Virus record (IMG/VR): IMGVR_UViG_3300015050_000882 | Span: 5,006-69,005 of that record | Length of the DNA stretch: 64,000 nucleotides | Strand: one strand, 5' to 3' | DNA from: a virus | Taxonomy: Duplodnaviria; Caudoviricetes | In this document: positions 8,177 to 18,543 of the stretch, piece by piece | Position numbering within the stretch: position 1 is the stretch's first letter | How the letters are laid out: every line of letters starts with the position of its first letter | Position numbers and translations under genes: made by a program | The notes under the pieces: model-generated | What the model saw: only the letters and a program-made list of their open reading frames with translations | Database searches by the model: none | Told to the model about the DNA's origin: nothing

Positions 8177-11100
8177 GTTACAACCACCGTGCTTTCTCCG
8201 GGGAAGCCACGCCCGACTGTTGCGCTCATCTGGTACACCCTGATCTTGATGGATGTCTGCGCCCCGCCAAAGTCGGCTGTCTCATCGGCGGCTGCGTAAA
8301 GGACTGAATTGGTGGTGGAGGTCAGCGTGCGCAGGACGGTCGTGCCGTCCATGACGTCAACCTCATACGCCTCTGACTCCTCATTCAGGGGAGGTTCCCC
8401 AGTGGGCCAGGTGTCCCCGCTGTAGCGGGTGCGGCGGAGCCATGAGAACGTCACGCCTGAGCCGTCCCGGACAGCCTCCTGCTGCACAGGTGCATAGGGC
8501 CACAGGCCGATGCCCAGGCTGGTCACCGCCTGCTCCTGGTAGCGGGCATCAGCCATGGGGAGAGGGGCAGGCCCGGACCTGAAGGTGTTCTCAATGTCAA
8601 TCTGGTCGGTGGTCTGGTCCACAGGATAGAAGCTGGAGCCGCCCATGTACACCACAAGGGAGCCGACGCTGTGAGGGTCACGCATCTGGCCCTCAGACCC
8701 CAGCTGGCCCCGGATCAGGCGGGTGAGCTCATACTTGCGGGTGCCCACAAGGGTCGCGGTCGCAAACTGGATGAACTCCCACAGGCCATCTTCATTGCGG
8801 ATGGCGATGGTGTTGGCCCCGTTCAGCACGGCCAGATCGGTCGTGGACAGGAGCTGGGTGTCACTGAACATCTCCACCGTGATGGTCCCGGCGGTAAAGC
8901 AGAAGGGGTCAGCAGAGTACAGCGGCTCAACCAGCACGCCAAAGCTGGAGGGCACCGTGATCTGGGTGTCCAGGTCAAAGCCGCCCGCGTCATCATCCTC
9001 AAACACGTTGACCGTCCCCGGCCAGGGTGATTGATAGGCCAGCGCCCGGGGTGCCCAGGGGCGCACCTCATCCCCCACAGTCAGGGGCATGTCCATGAAC
9101 ACCACAAAGCTCTCGCCATAGACGGTGATGGCCCCGCTGGAGCCTCCCCCGGCGGCGAAGTCCAGGAAGTCGAACACCGACACGTCAAAGCTGGCAGCCT
9201 CCACCTTGCGGTACTCACCCCCCTCAATCCCCACCACCCTGAAGCTGAAGTCCCGGGCCTTGATGGTGATGTTCAGGAGGTCCCCCGGGTCCACCAGGAG
9301 GAGGGAGGGAGGCAGCGCAAGCTCCGCCTTGTCCCGGGAGGTCCAGGCCTCGTGCACCATCGTGTCGGCCAGCGCCTGGGCATAGGCGGTGTCGAACACC
9401 AGGGGCAGGTCAATGGAGGCGACGTTGAGGCTGTTGCCCACGCCCTTGCTCCCGTTCACCGACGCGGTGTCATAGTCCCGGCCCTCGTCATAGAAGCTCA
9501 GCTTGACCACCTTGGGGAGCTCAGTCACCTGGGACTTGGTGATGGAGTATCCACCCAGGTTGTTGTCCTCACTCACCAGCTGGTCGGTGGTGAGCGCAAC
9601 CGGCGTGGCGTTGGCCCGCAGGAAGAACTTGATGCGGCCCCCGGACTCAGAGCTGTCAAAGTTGAAAGCCGTCATCAGCGGCTCAATCATCTCCCGGGGT
9701 GCCATGATCTTGTCCAGGAGGTATCCCCGGACCACGGCTGAGGAGCCATACAGGCCGGTGGTGTCCAGGTCGGTCGTGCGGTCCAGGCCAGCCAGCTCGC
9801 ACATGTCCTCAACCAGCAGGGCCAGGGAGACAAGCCCAAGGCGTCCCGTGATCCAGTGGCCGGTCCTCCAGTTGGGGGCATCGGGCCAAACGGCGCTGAA
9901 GCTGGGGAAAGCCGGATATGGGCGCACATCCCAGCCAGCAACAACCATGCTGTCCGTGGAAAGCATGCCCACGGGGGAGTTGTCACGCCAGTACTGGATC
10001 ATGGCCTCCAGGCACCGGCGCTGGATCAGGTCGTCACGGCTCTGGTTGCTATAGTGGGGGAAGGCGCTTTCAGAGGAGTTGATGTCATAGGCCACGCTGG
10101 GCTGGTTGGTCCCCTTGTTGACCGCCGGACAGCCAAACGGCGTGAACCCCAGAGGCTTGGAAGAAGCCACCCAACTCGTGGGGGAGCCGCTCTGGGTCCC
10201 GGCAGCTGAGCGGGTGTAGTGGGCACGGGACCACCAGTTGCGGATGTCCTTGGGCCGGTACACCCAAGGCTTGCTGTAGGCAGTGTCAGTGATCGGGGTG
10301 CGGGTTTGGGCGTCCCGGGCGGCGTCATCCGCATAGGTCCAGTCATAGAACTCACCACCCTCAATGTTGCTCTTGAGGTAGTCAAGGTCATAGGGGTTGG
10401 TCACGGTCGCGCTGTAGTCCAGGTGGGTGGTCCCGTCCCGCCAGTCGGACATCGGCGCAAAGTATTCAATGCACACTATGTCAATGTTGGCGCTGGCCCA
10501 GAGGCTGTCCAGCGGCCAGCGGAGCTCAAGCGGAGAGCCAGGAGGGACATAGGCCCCATACTCGGTCCAGTCAGCACTGTAGCTCAGCTGCGCGCTGGGG
10601 AGGATCGCGGCGACATCAGCAGCCAGGGTCACCAGGGCGGCCACAGCCGGGAAGGTGTTGGCGGTGTCAGACCGGACCTGCGTCAAGCCCTTCAGCTGGG
10701 AGCCCAGAAGGAAGCTCCCGACGCCCCCGGCCAGGGCGCACAGCTTGGCATAGTGCAGGACCATCCGCCGGTATCCCCACTCAGAGGCGGAGCCGGTCCA
10801 GGTCGGCAACCCATCGCTCCCGGTCCCGATGTCAGAGGCAGCGGCACTTCCAAAGAAGGCGTTGACCTGCGTTGCAGCCGTTGCGGTGGTATCCGGCGTG
10901 CTAGGCTGGCCAGGGGCAGGGTTGCATGTAATACGCCCACGCCAGGGGAGTGCAGCCTGCTCTGCGCCACCGTAGGGGTCCGTCAGGCCGTTGCCCTCAA
11001 CCTGGTCGCAGAGGATTATGGGGCAGAATGACACCACAATTCCCCGGGCGGTGAGGTCCACAATCGCCTCATAGATCGCTCGGTCAGCAGGGGTCCCCCC

Positions 11101-12303
11101 GAACAGCGGGTTGCCGTCAACGTCAGCGGCCACCTCCAGCGCGTCATCACGCTCCAGCCCGCTCACCTTCCAGTCATAGGGCGTGATGCTCTCATTCTGG
11201 TACACGTCCAGCTGGAGCAGCGCCCCGCTGTCCACTGCGCCAGCAGAGACAGTGACGCCAAGCACCCGGTGGATGCCCGCTGACACGCAGCGGTACTGGC
11301 GGGAGGTGGCTGCCGCAAGGGTGAAGGTGCTCACCACCGCCCCGGTCGCGTCCCGGATGTCAACCACCTGGGAGGAGGCATCATTGTTGGTGACCTTCAG
11401 GAAGGTCCCGATGTCGGTTTCAACGCTCTGGTCAGCCAGGTCCGCAGAGGTGTAGAAGCTCCGCAGCCCGAACTGGACCTTGGGCTTGACGGTTGCGCTC
11501 CCGGCCCTCAGGTCAGAGGTGAACCAGGCTGCCGTCAGCATCACGGTCGCCACGTTGGGTGCCGACGCCTGCAGGGTGTCGATGCTGGACGTGAAGTCAG
11601 GGATGTTGTCGCTGTTGTGGGTGTTCTCGCTGGTGGCCAATCCGCGCCCGTTGTCCTTGACATAGGCAGTCGTGGCGGTCGCAAACTCCCCAGTGCCAGG
11701 ACCTACAGCCACGCACTCAATCAGCTCCTCCAGGTCATCCGCCGTGGCAGTCTCCAGAGGCTTGATCACCTCCACGGAGATGTTGGGGATGCGGTTGCCG
11801 AATTCAGCCAGGGGGAACTGCTCAAACATCATGTAGCACAGGCCCCGGTAGGCAGGGACCCTCCCGGCCCCCTCAATGGTCTCCATGAAGCTGTCAGGCG
11901 TCTGGGTCGTGCTGCCAGGGTAGAAGCGGATGGTGTACTTGGAGGTGTCCAGCAGCTTCCCGTCAGCCCAGACACGCCCCATCTGGGTGTTGGCCGCCCC
12001 CTCGCACAGGCCGATGGCGAATGACACGCTGTAGGTGTAGGAGGTCGTGTTGGTGGACGGCCCGCCGCCCTTCCCGGACTTGGTGGAGGTCGTGGTGACC
12101 GTCTCAAGGTACTTGGTGGCCCAGAACAGGTTGCCACCCATGCGCATCCGCCCGAACAGGCGGGCAATGGCCACGCCCTCAGTGGAGCTGGTGACCTGGG
12201 CCTCCTTGAGGCGGCTCCCCTCCACGTTGGTGTCGGGCATGAGCGCCCGCTGGAGCAGCGCCAGGCCGGTGTTGATGGCAATGCCAATGAGGACCTGAGC
12301 CAT
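8173..12303 (-). CDS. GTA g15-like tail tip/host-specificity protein
   Basis: FGRMRMGGNLFWA, VPAYRGLCY, LPWRGRIT, YSADWTEY, WRTGHWITGRLG. Confidence 0.9.
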   Translation of the reverse strand: MAQVLIGIAINTGLALLQRALMPDTNVEGSRLKEAQVTSSTEGVAIARLFGRMRMGGNLFWATKYLETVTTTSTKSGKGGGPSTNTTSYTYSVSFAIGLCEGAANTQMGRVWADGKLLDTSKYTIRFYPGSTTQTPDSFMETIEGAGRVPAYRGLCYMMFEQFPLAEFGNRIPNISVEVIKPLETATADDLEELIECVAVGPGTGEFATATTAYVKDNGRGLATSENTHNSDNIPDFTSSIDTLQASAPNVATVMLTAAWFTSDLRAGSATVKPKVQFGLRSFYTSADLADQSVETDIGTFLKVTNNDASSQVVDIRDATGAVVSTFTLAAATSRQYRCVSAGIHRVLGVTVSAGAVDSGALLQLDVYQNESITPYDWKVSGLERDDALEVAADVDGNPLFGGTPADRAIYEAIVDLTARGIVVSFCPIILCDQVEGNGLTDPYGGAEQAALPWRGRITCNPAPGQPSTPDTTATAATQVNAFFGSAAASDIGTGSDGLPTWTGSASEWGYRRMVLHYAKLCALAGGVGSFLLGSQLKGLTQVRSDTANTFPAVAALVTLAADVAAILPSAQLSYSADWTEYGAYVPPGSPLELRWPLDSLWASANIDIVCIEYFAPMSDWRDGTTHLDYSATVTNPYDLDYLKSNIEGGEFYDWTYADDAARDAQTRTPITDTAYSKPWVYRPKDIRNWWSRAHYTRSAAGTQSGSPTSWVASSKPLGFTPFGCPAVNKGTNQPSVAYDINSSESAFPHYSNQSRDDLIQRRCLEAMIQYWRDNSPVGMLSTDSMVVAGWDVRPYPAFPSFSAVWPDAPNWRTGHWITGRLGLVSLALLVEDMCELAGLDRTTDLDTTGLYGSSAVVRGYLLDKIMAPREMIEPLMTAFNFDSSESGGRIKFFLRANATPVALTTDQLVSEDNNLGGYSITKSQVTELPKVVKLSFYDEGRDYDTASVNGSKGVGNSLNVASIDLPLVFDTAYAQALADTMVHEAWTSRDKAELALPPSLLLVDPGDLLNITIKARDFSFRVVGIEGGEYRKVEAASFDVSVFDFLDFAAGGGSSGAITVYGESFVVFMDMPLTVGDEVRPWAPRALAYQSPWPGTVNVFEDDDAGGFDLDTQITVPSSFGVLVEPLYSADPFCFTAGTITVEMFSDTQLLSTTDLAVLNGANTIAIRNEDGLWEFIQFATATLVGTRKYELTRLIRGQLGSEGQMRDPHSVGSLVVYMGGSSFYPVDQTTDQIDIENTFRSGPAPLPMADARYQEQAVTSLGIGLWPYAPVQQEAVRDGSGVTFSWLRRTRYSGDTWPTGEPPLNEESEAYEVDVMDGTTVLRTLTSTTNSVLYAAADETADFGGAQTSIKIRVYQMSATVGRGFPGESTVVVT

Positions 12304-12722
12304 CAGGCCACCTCAGGGAAGCGGAAGCGCCCAGCCAGCCGCCTGGACCACCAAGGGGAGATGTACACCTCATGGACCCCATGGCCAAGGTGGGCATGGA
12401 TCATCTTGCCGTCCCCGGAGCTGATGGCGCAGTGCTTGGCCACCATCCCCGGGCGCATGCGGAACACCATGACCACCCCCGGCCCGTCCTCATCGGTCGG
12501 GATGAGGTGGGTGGAGCAGACGCGCAGCATGTCCTCCCGCCCCTGGGCTTCATCCCAGTCCGGGCTGTAGGGCGGCATGAGCTCAGGCTCCGGGCCGATG
12601 GTCTCACGCCAGACCCCACGCAGGAGCCCAAGGCAGTCGCATCCCACGCCCTTGAGGGAGGCTTGGTGGTGGTACGGGGTCCCGATCCATCCCCGGGCGG
12701 CAGCAACTTGTACCTGGCTCAT
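12303..12722 (-). CDS. GTA g14-like NlpC/P60 cell-wall peptidase
   Basis: WIGTPYHHQAS, GCDCLGLLRGVW, KHCAI. Confidence 0.92.
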   Translation of the reverse strand: MSQVQVAAARGWIGTPYHHQASLKGVGCDCLGLLRGVWRETIGPEPELMPPYSPDWDEAQGREDMLRVCSTHLIPTDEDGPGVVMVFRMRPGMVAKHCAISSGDGKMIHAHLGHGVHEVYISPWWSRRLAGRFRFPEVA

Positions 12723-13600
12723 GTGAAGAGGCTCCCACCATCCATCTCACCCTCACCCTGGGTGGGGTATGAGGTGATGATATCGGTCCCCGGGACAAAG
12801 GGGAAGCCCTGGAAGTTGATCAAGTTGTTGAACTTGACCCGGCACGTGTCGCAGTCCTGCTTGCAGCCCGCCGTGATGGTGAAGGTGTCGGTGGCCACAA
12901 TCCCGGACGGCGGCACATCCCACAGGACCAGGTTGGAGGCAGCATGGGACTTCACCTCAAGGGTCACGCCACTGGACGCCCCAGAGGTCATCGTGATCAG
13001 GCCCCGGGTGAACCAGTCGCTGTCAAAGCCCCCGATGCCGGTCACGGTCAGGCTCCGCCCATCCGCGCTTGACACGGTCCCGCTCCCGCTGAAGGCAGGG
13101 TCACCCAGGTCCACCTGGCAGCGGGCATCGCCCAGGGTCGCATCGCAGGTGCGCAGGTAGGCACGCCCGGTGCGCTGGGACAGCTTGCTGCTCAGGCTCC
13201 TGAACTCAGCGCTGAAGCCGGTCTCAGCACGCTTGACCTCCCCCATGTAGCCCCGGGAGAGGACGGTGTACAAGGTCGGGTCAGCCCAGTTGACCCAGGT
13301 CAGGGTCAGCTCCGCCCCGTCATACAGGCCGTTGGCCAGGTCATCCTCATTGATGGTGTCGCTGTTCAGCGCCCCCTCCACGGACAGGTTGTCCACGGCC
13401 AGCCCCAGGCTCTGGGCCACCATGGACGCGCTGAAGCCAGAGGAGGCGATGTGGAGGACACCGTCAACAGTCAGGTCGCGGTCGTGCTCGGTGAAGCCCT
13501 GCACCAAGCCGTCCTCCCGCACCACCTTCCAGCACAGGGCCATCGTGGTCGTGCCGCTGTCAAGGTGGGCCTGGAGGGCTGGGGCAAGGGACTTGGTCAT
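12719..13600 (-). CDS. GTA g13-like baseplate hub (DUF2163/BR0599)
   Basis: DGLVQGFTEHDRDL, CDATLGDARC, GCKQDCDTC, NFQGFPFVPG. Confidence 0.9.
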   Translation of the reverse strand: MTKSLAPALQAHLDSGTTTMALCWKVVREDGLVQGFTEHDRDLTVDGVLHIASSGFSASMVAQSLGLAVDNLSVEGALNSDTINEDDLANGLYDGAELTLTWVNWADPTLYTVLSRGYMGEVKRAETGFSAEFRSLSSKLSQRTGRAYLRTCDATLGDARCQVDLGDPAFSGSGTVSSADGRSLTVTGIGGFDSDWFTRGLITMTSGASSGVTLEVKSHAASNLVLWDVPPSGIVATDTFTITAGCKQDCDTCRVKFNNLINFQGFPFVPGTDIITSYPTQGEGEMDGGSLFT

Positions 13601-14730
13601 TCACGCACCTCAATCACGCTGATGCTGGGGACCGCACCGGCCTCAAAGGCGTCAATGCTCACAGACAGGTAGTCCATGTCAAACCGGGCGGGCACGTCAA
13701 ACTCAAACCCGGCGCTCACCGTGGTCAGGGCGGAAGGCGCGGCGTCAAAGGTGACGATGCCAGTCAGGTAGTTGATGGTGTAGTCAGCGTCAGAAACCAC
13801 CTCAGTGGTGGGCACCGTGCGGAGGCTGGCCCCCATGATGATGACCGGGTCCCCGGCGTTGAGGTTGCCTGGGCAGACACCGCACTTGGTCGCGGTCGCG
13901 TCAATGGTGACGTCAAAGGTCCACTGCCAGAAGCCCCCGCCCAGGTCGGTGGAGGTGACGTTGGTCACGGGTCCCGCGCTCTGGTCGGTGATCACCGGAG
14001 CCGCAAACGGTCCACTGATGATTGAGTCCTCATTGCCGCCGGTCAGGTTGCACCGCGCCCGGAGCTGGGCACCAATGTCCACATCCTCCTTGAAGATGGC
14101 CACCACCCGGTATGTCTCACCGCCGGTGATCGCAGACCAGTCACCCCCGTTCAGCCAGCGCCGCACCCCGGCCCCGCTGACCCCGATCTTGTAGGCGCTG
14201 GTGTACACGCCATAGGAGGAGCCGTCAGCCGCCCCGGTCGCGCCATCGTTGCTCCAGTTGGTAGTCTGCATGTCAGTGGCGTCAGCAATCAGCTCCGCCC
14301 CGGTCGCAATCGTGTAGGCCAGCAGCACCGTGCCCTCAACCGGCTTGGTGATGTCGCGGGTGTAGCTGTTGGCCCCGCTCGTGTAGGTCTTGGACAGCTG
14401 GAAGGCCACGGTGGCCCCGTCCCCCGTCCCGATGTCCTGGTCAAAGGCGGTGACAGCCTGGCGCGGGAGCCCAGAGCGGTAGTCACTCCAGTCCTTCCAC
14501 CTGAAGGCGTGCAGCCGCCCGTTGCGGGCTTCAAAGAACTGGATGACCTCATACAGGTCGTCAGTGTTGCGCAGGCCCATGCCGGCATCGTACACGTGGC
14601 GGGAGTTGGCCCAGATCGCGTTGCGCTCCTCAGCCCCGGAGCGGAGCGTCACAATGTCGGTGCGGCGCATGGGGCCACCGCTTGACCCCTTGCTGATGTC
14701 GGTCGGAAATTGGACGTCATGGAATGCCAT
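13597..14730 (-). CDS. GTA g12-like distal tail protein (DUF2460) with internal insertion
   Basis: FHDVQFP, FFEARNGRLHAFRWKDW, AGFEFDVPARFD; ~165 aa extra. Confidence 0.9.
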   Translation of the reverse strand: MAFHDVQFPTDISKGSSGGPMRRTDIVTLRSGAEERNAIWANSRHVYDAGMGLRNTDDLYEVIQFFEARNGRLHAFRWKDWSDYRSGLPRQAVTAFDQDIGTGDGATVAFQLSKTYTSGANSYTRDITKPVEGTVLLAYTIATGAELIADATDMQTTNWSNDGATGAADGSSYGVYTSAYKIGVSGAGVRRWLNGGDWSAITGGETYRVVAIFKEDVDIGAQLRARCNLTGGNEDSIISGPFAAPVITDQSAGPVTNVTSTDLGGGFWQWTFDVTIDATATKCGVCPGNLNAGDPVIIMGASLRTVPTTEVVSDADYTINYLTGIVTFDAAPSALTTVSAGFEFDVPARFDMDYLSVSIDAFEAGAVPSISVIEVRE

Positions 14731-17312
14731 TACAGGTTCCGCTTCCCGCGCTGCGCCATCCGCGCCAGCTGGGCCTGGACCTGGCCCTCACTGCGCTTGA
14801 AGCTCTGCGCGTCTTGAGTGTACACATTCATCGTGATGCTCATGTTCCCGCTGGTGGTCTCATTGCTGCCGTTCTTCTGCTCACCCGGGCGGGTGATGTC
14901 AACTTTCTCGCCCGGACTTGCCCTGAAGGCAACCATCTGGCTGTCCACGCCCCCAGCGCCCCCAACAGTAAAGCTCCCGCCGGTGGCAAAGCCCCCGAAC
15001 AGGCTGCCAATCCCGCCGCCCATGCCCCCGCCGCCCATGCCCCCGCCGCCCCCGAACAGGCTGGAGAGGAAGCCCCCGGCCCCGCCACCGCCGCCGGTGC
15101 CCATCCCGCTCAGCGCCCCCTTCAGGGCCTCCGCAATCGGCTTCATGATCAGCATCTCAGTGACCATCTGGGAAAGGTTCTTGATCACGCTGCTGGCGAA
15201 GTCCGCAAAGGCAAACTTGCCAGTCATGACAAAGTTGGTGATCAGGTCGGTGGCCCCGTTGAAGGTGCTCCCGATGAACCCGCTCACCTGCTGGGTCATG
15301 TTTCCGAAGTCCTCCTGGACCTTGAGCAGGCCCAGCTCAATCCCGGAGGCAAAGTCATTGCTGGTCTCCAGGAAGGTCATGCGGATTTCACGGAATTTGT
15401 CATTGTACTCAGCCGCCGTGATCGCCCCGGACTTCAGGAGCGTGTCCAGCGCGGCAAGGTCCTTGTTGTAGTCATCCAGCGGCCCCTTGATGTCCTTCAG
15501 GATGTCCTCAGCCCGCTGCAGCTCATCGTTGACCGCCTTCTGGGCAGCAGCTCCGCCGCCGGTCCCAGCGGGATTGGTCGGTGATACCGGCGCACCCCCA
15601 GCCGGGTCCAGCGCCCCGCCCGCAGCCAGCGCGTTGCGCTCAGTGGCGATGGCCCGTGCCCGGGCCATAACACCGTCCAGGGCAGCCCCCAGATAGTCGG
15701 TGCCCATGGCGTCACCGAAGGCTCCCGCCACGACACCACCCAGGTCGGATGCGGCCCCGGTCACGGTCCCCTTGAACTCAGCCAGGCTCCCGGCGATGGC
15801 ATCCGGGCTGATCATATTGGCAAACGGGTTTTCAGCGCCCACCAGGGTCGCAGCGGAGCCGATGAAGGTCAGCAGGCTCTGGATGGCGTTGAGCACCCCC
15901 TGGATGCCCGCCGCGATGATGTCAATCAGGCCGTTCATCGCCATGACAGCCAGGTCCCTCATGGCCCCGGGGAACAGGCCCCAGCCTGCGATGATGGCGT
16001 TGTAGGCCCCCACCCAGAAGCCGATGTAAGCGTTGATGATGGTGGCGGCAAAGGAGAGGACGCTGCTGAGCACGCTGATCACCGTGTCCAGGAAGTCCCC
16101 GAACCAGCCGCTGACATTGCTGATGCCCTCACTCCAGGCGCTCCTGAAGAACTCAACCACCGGCCCGATCAGCTCCATGATGAAGCTCATCACCGCCCGG
16201 AACACGTCGCCCAGAGAGACAACCCCGTCAGCGGTCACGCTGATCTCATCCCGGAACATGTACAGGTAGCTGATGATGGTGACGATGCCCACGATCAGCA
16301 GGCCAATCGGGTTGGCCGCAACTGCGGCAGTCAGACCACGGACAGCGCCCTGCGCCATCTTCAGGGCAGCACTGAAGATTGCGCTGGCTCTGCCCGTGGC
16401 CCCCAGGGCCATCTCAAGACGGATGACCTCTGAGACAATGGCCATCACATTGCTAGCAAGTGACAGCGCGAATGCGGTGGCCAGCGCAATCCCGACAACC
16501 CCGGCCAGCATGGCGATGGTGTCAAGGTTGGCGGCAAGGAAGCTGATGGCATTGGCCAGAGCAGCGGAGATGCCCAGGGCCTGGTCCATGTCCCCGATCC
16601 ACTTGAGGACGGCATCAGAGAGGGTCTGGAGGCTCTCGCCCACAGTCGCCTGCATGGTGTTGAACTCAGCCTGGATGGCCGGTCCCGCCTTCTGGATCGC
16701 GGCCACCACCTCGGCAGAGGTGAGCTTGCCCTCAGCGCCCAGCGCCCGGAGGGCACCCAGGGGCACGCCCATGCCATCCGCGATAGCCTGAGCCAGGCGC
16801 GGGCTGGCCTCCATGATCGCGTTCAGCTCCTCCCCCCGGAGGACGCCAGACCCCATCGCCTGCCCCAGCTGCAGCACAGCCGACGCAGCTTCAGCAGAGG
16901 ACGCCCCGCTGATGCGGAGGGACTGATTGACCGCGTCAGTGATCCCGATGAGGTCATTCTGGCTCAGCCCAAGCTGCCCCGCGCTCCGGGCCACCCGGGC
17001 ATACAGGTCCACCGTGGCCTCATAGCTGGAGCGGTTGCGCTGGGCCGATGCGAACAGGGCCTCATTGACGTCTGACAGGTTCTGGGAGCCGCTGGTGACC
17101 AGGCGGAGCTTGTTGTTGAGCATGGTGTAGGTGTCGGCCATGCGGATCAGCTCCCGCACCGCCAGGGCAGCGCCCAAGCCCAGGAGGGCCTTCTTCAGGA
17201 AGTCCACCCCGGCGGCTGCGGTCCTTGCTCCCGCCCCAATGCCCTCCAGGTCACGCTTGACAACCCGGCTCCCCTTCTCGCTGACAATGATGTCGATGCG
17301 TTCAGTGGTCAT
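14730..17312 (-). CDS. Tape measure protein
   Basis: tape_meas N-terminal motif QLGQAMGSGVLRGEELNAIME; Ala/Gly-rich helical. Confidence 0.93.
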   Translation of the reverse strand: MTTERIDIIVSEKGSRVVKRDLEGIGAGARTAAAGVDFLKKALLGLGAALAVRELIRMADTYTMLNNKLRLVTSGSQNLSDVNEALFASAQRNRSSYEATVDLYARVARSAGQLGLSQNDLIGITDAVNQSLRISGASSAEAASAVLQLGQAMGSGVLRGEELNAIMEASPRLAQAIADGMGVPLGALRALGAEGKLTSAEVVAAIQKAGPAIQAEFNTMQATVGESLQTLSDAVLKWIGDMDQALGISAALANAISFLAANLDTIAMLAGVVGIALATAFALSLASNVMAIVSEVIRLEMALGATGRASAIFSAALKMAQGAVRGLTAAVAANPIGLLIVGIVTIISYLYMFRDEISVTADGVVSLGDVFRAVMSFIMELIGPVVEFFRSAWSEGISNVSGWFGDFLDTVISVLSSVLSFAATIINAYIGFWVGAYNAIIAGWGLFPGAMRDLAVMAMNGLIDIIAAGIQGVLNAIQSLLTFIGSAATLVGAENPFANMISPDAIAGSLAEFKGTVTGAASDLGGVVAGAFGDAMGTDYLGAALDGVMARARAIATERNALAAGGALDPAGGAPVSPTNPAGTGGGAAAQKAVNDELQRAEDILKDIKGPLDDYNKDLAALDTLLKSGAITAAEYNDKFREIRMTFLETSNDFASGIELGLLKVQEDFGNMTQQVSGFIGSTFNGATDLITNFVMTGKFAFADFASSVIKNLSQMVTEMLIMKPIAEALKGALSGMGTGGGGGAGGFLSSLFGGGGGMGGGGMGGGIGSLFGGFATGGSFTVGGAGGVDSQMVAFRASPGEKVDITRPGEQKNGSNETTSGNMSITMNVYTQDAQSFKRSEGQVQAQLARMAQRGKRNL

Positions 17313-17746
17313 TTGATCAACCTCGCCCGTTTCACCGCACGCACCGCCTTCTGGACAGCCGCCTCAACAAACCCGGCGGGAGCCTGGCGGCTCCACCCCT
17401 TGTTCAGGCGGTCAATGTAGGGGAGGTTGTTGCTGATAGCAATAGACGAATTGCGCCACCCGCTGTAGCCTGAGATCACGGCTGCACCCTGGGCCAGGGC
17501 GGCACTGCCGTTGGCTCCGCCGGTGCTCCCCTTCTCCCCCGGGCTGTAAGGCTCAATGGTCGTGCGGGGAGGAGCGTCAAGGCCCACAATCCAGTTGGAG
17601 CGTGCCCGGCCCTTGTCCACTGGAGTGCGCAGGACAACCACCTGATCGGCGGCCAGCGCGACGGTGCGGACAAGGCGGTCAGCCTCCTCCACCACGCCCG
17701 TGCCGATCAGGCTGATCCTTCTTGCGAATTGCTCCAGGGTCGGCAT
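17309..17746 (-). CDS. Neck/tail completion protein (HK97 gp10-like)
   Basis: TPVDKGRARSNW, NNLPYIDRLN, QAPAGFV. Confidence 0.8.
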   Translation of the reverse strand: MPTLEQFARRISLIGTGVVEEADRLVRTVALAADQVVVLRTPVDKGRARSNWIVGLDAPPRTTIEPYSPGEKGSTGGANGSAALAQGAAVISGYSGWRNSSIAISNNLPYIDRLNKGWSRQAPAGFVEAAVQKAVRAVKRARLIK

Positions 17747-18086
17747 TCTTCACCTTTGTCCTTGTGTAGGTCAGGAACTCATCATCAAGTCCCCGGATCA
17801 TCCAGCGGAAGTAAAGGGCAGCCTCCTCATCCAGACCCAGGCCCTCAGCAAATTTGTCAATAGCAGTCCACGGTATGGGTCCTGCAATCCCGTCCATCCC
17901 GATGAAGGGACGGCACGTGCTGAGCTCCTGGAAGGCGTCAAGGTACAGCTCGTGCCCCGGGAAAGGCGCGGGCGCGGATTGGATGAAATCAGGGAGTGGT
18001 ACGTTGCGTGCATAAGCCGCCTCCATGATCCTCTTTTCACCGCGCCCGTGCTCAAGGTCATATCGCAGGACTGCTCTCAGTTTCCC
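17679..18086 (-). CDS. Tail assembly chaperone GT, -1 frame extension
   Basis: Open -1 frame from slippery site to 17679; IPWTAIDKFA motif. Confidence 0.8.
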   Translation of the reverse strand, partial: GKLRAVLRYDLEHGRGEKRIMEAAYARNVPLPDFIQSAPAPFPGHELYLDAFQELSTCRPFIGMDGIAGPIPWTAIDKFAEGLGLDEEAALYFRWMIRGLDDEFLTYTRTKVKNADPGAIRKKDQPDRHGRGGGG

Positions 18087-18532
18087 AGTGCGGCCTCAGC
18101 GTCATCCTCCCGGAACAGCCCCAACTGCATGGACTGGTCCCGAAGGTCAATGAACAGGTCCGGGAGAGCCTCAAACAGCATGACCACGTTGGGCACGCTG
18201 AACTTCAGAGCCTCCCCCTGGAACGGCATCAGGCCGTCCCCCAGCTTGCTGCCCCAAGCCATGACGATGACCTCAGCCCAGACCTGGCGGGTGATCTTGT
18301 CCGCCACATCGTTGCTCAGGGTGTCGTTCATCTGCGCCCGCCGGTGCGGCTTCATGCGCGCATCCAGGAGCTTCTTGAAGCGGTTGTTGGTGGCCCCAGC
18401 CCGGGTGATGCGGAACCAAAAGTCACCGTAGTCAATCACGATGCCTTCAGCCTCCAGCTTCTCACTGGCCTTGAACAGGGCCTCAGGGCCACGGATGGCC
18501 CCGATGTCGGTTTTGTCTTTTGCTGCCGTCAC
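18077..18532 (-). CDS. Tail assembly chaperone G
   Basis: Between tail tube and TMP; GAGGAG RBS then GTG. Confidence 0.8.
   Translation of the reverse strand: MTAAKDKTDIGAIRGPEALFKASEKLEAEGIVIDYGDFWFRITRAGATNNRFKKLLDARMKPHRRAQMNDTLSNDVADKITRQVWAEVIVMAWGSKLGDGLMPFQGEALKFSVPNVVMLFEALPDLFIDLRDQSMQLGLFREDDAEAALGN
18080..18086 (-). promoter_or_regulatory. -1 ribosomal frameshift site G GGA AAC
   Basis: X XXY YYZ heptamer immediately before chaperone stop. Confidence 0.85.
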
Positions 18533-18543
18533 GTCAATTCTCC

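Noticed and set aside
9721-9730. GTATCCCCGG here and at about 39425 as operator boxes
   Set aside because: Intragenic, lack the TT start and a promoter; explained by GGA TAC codons.
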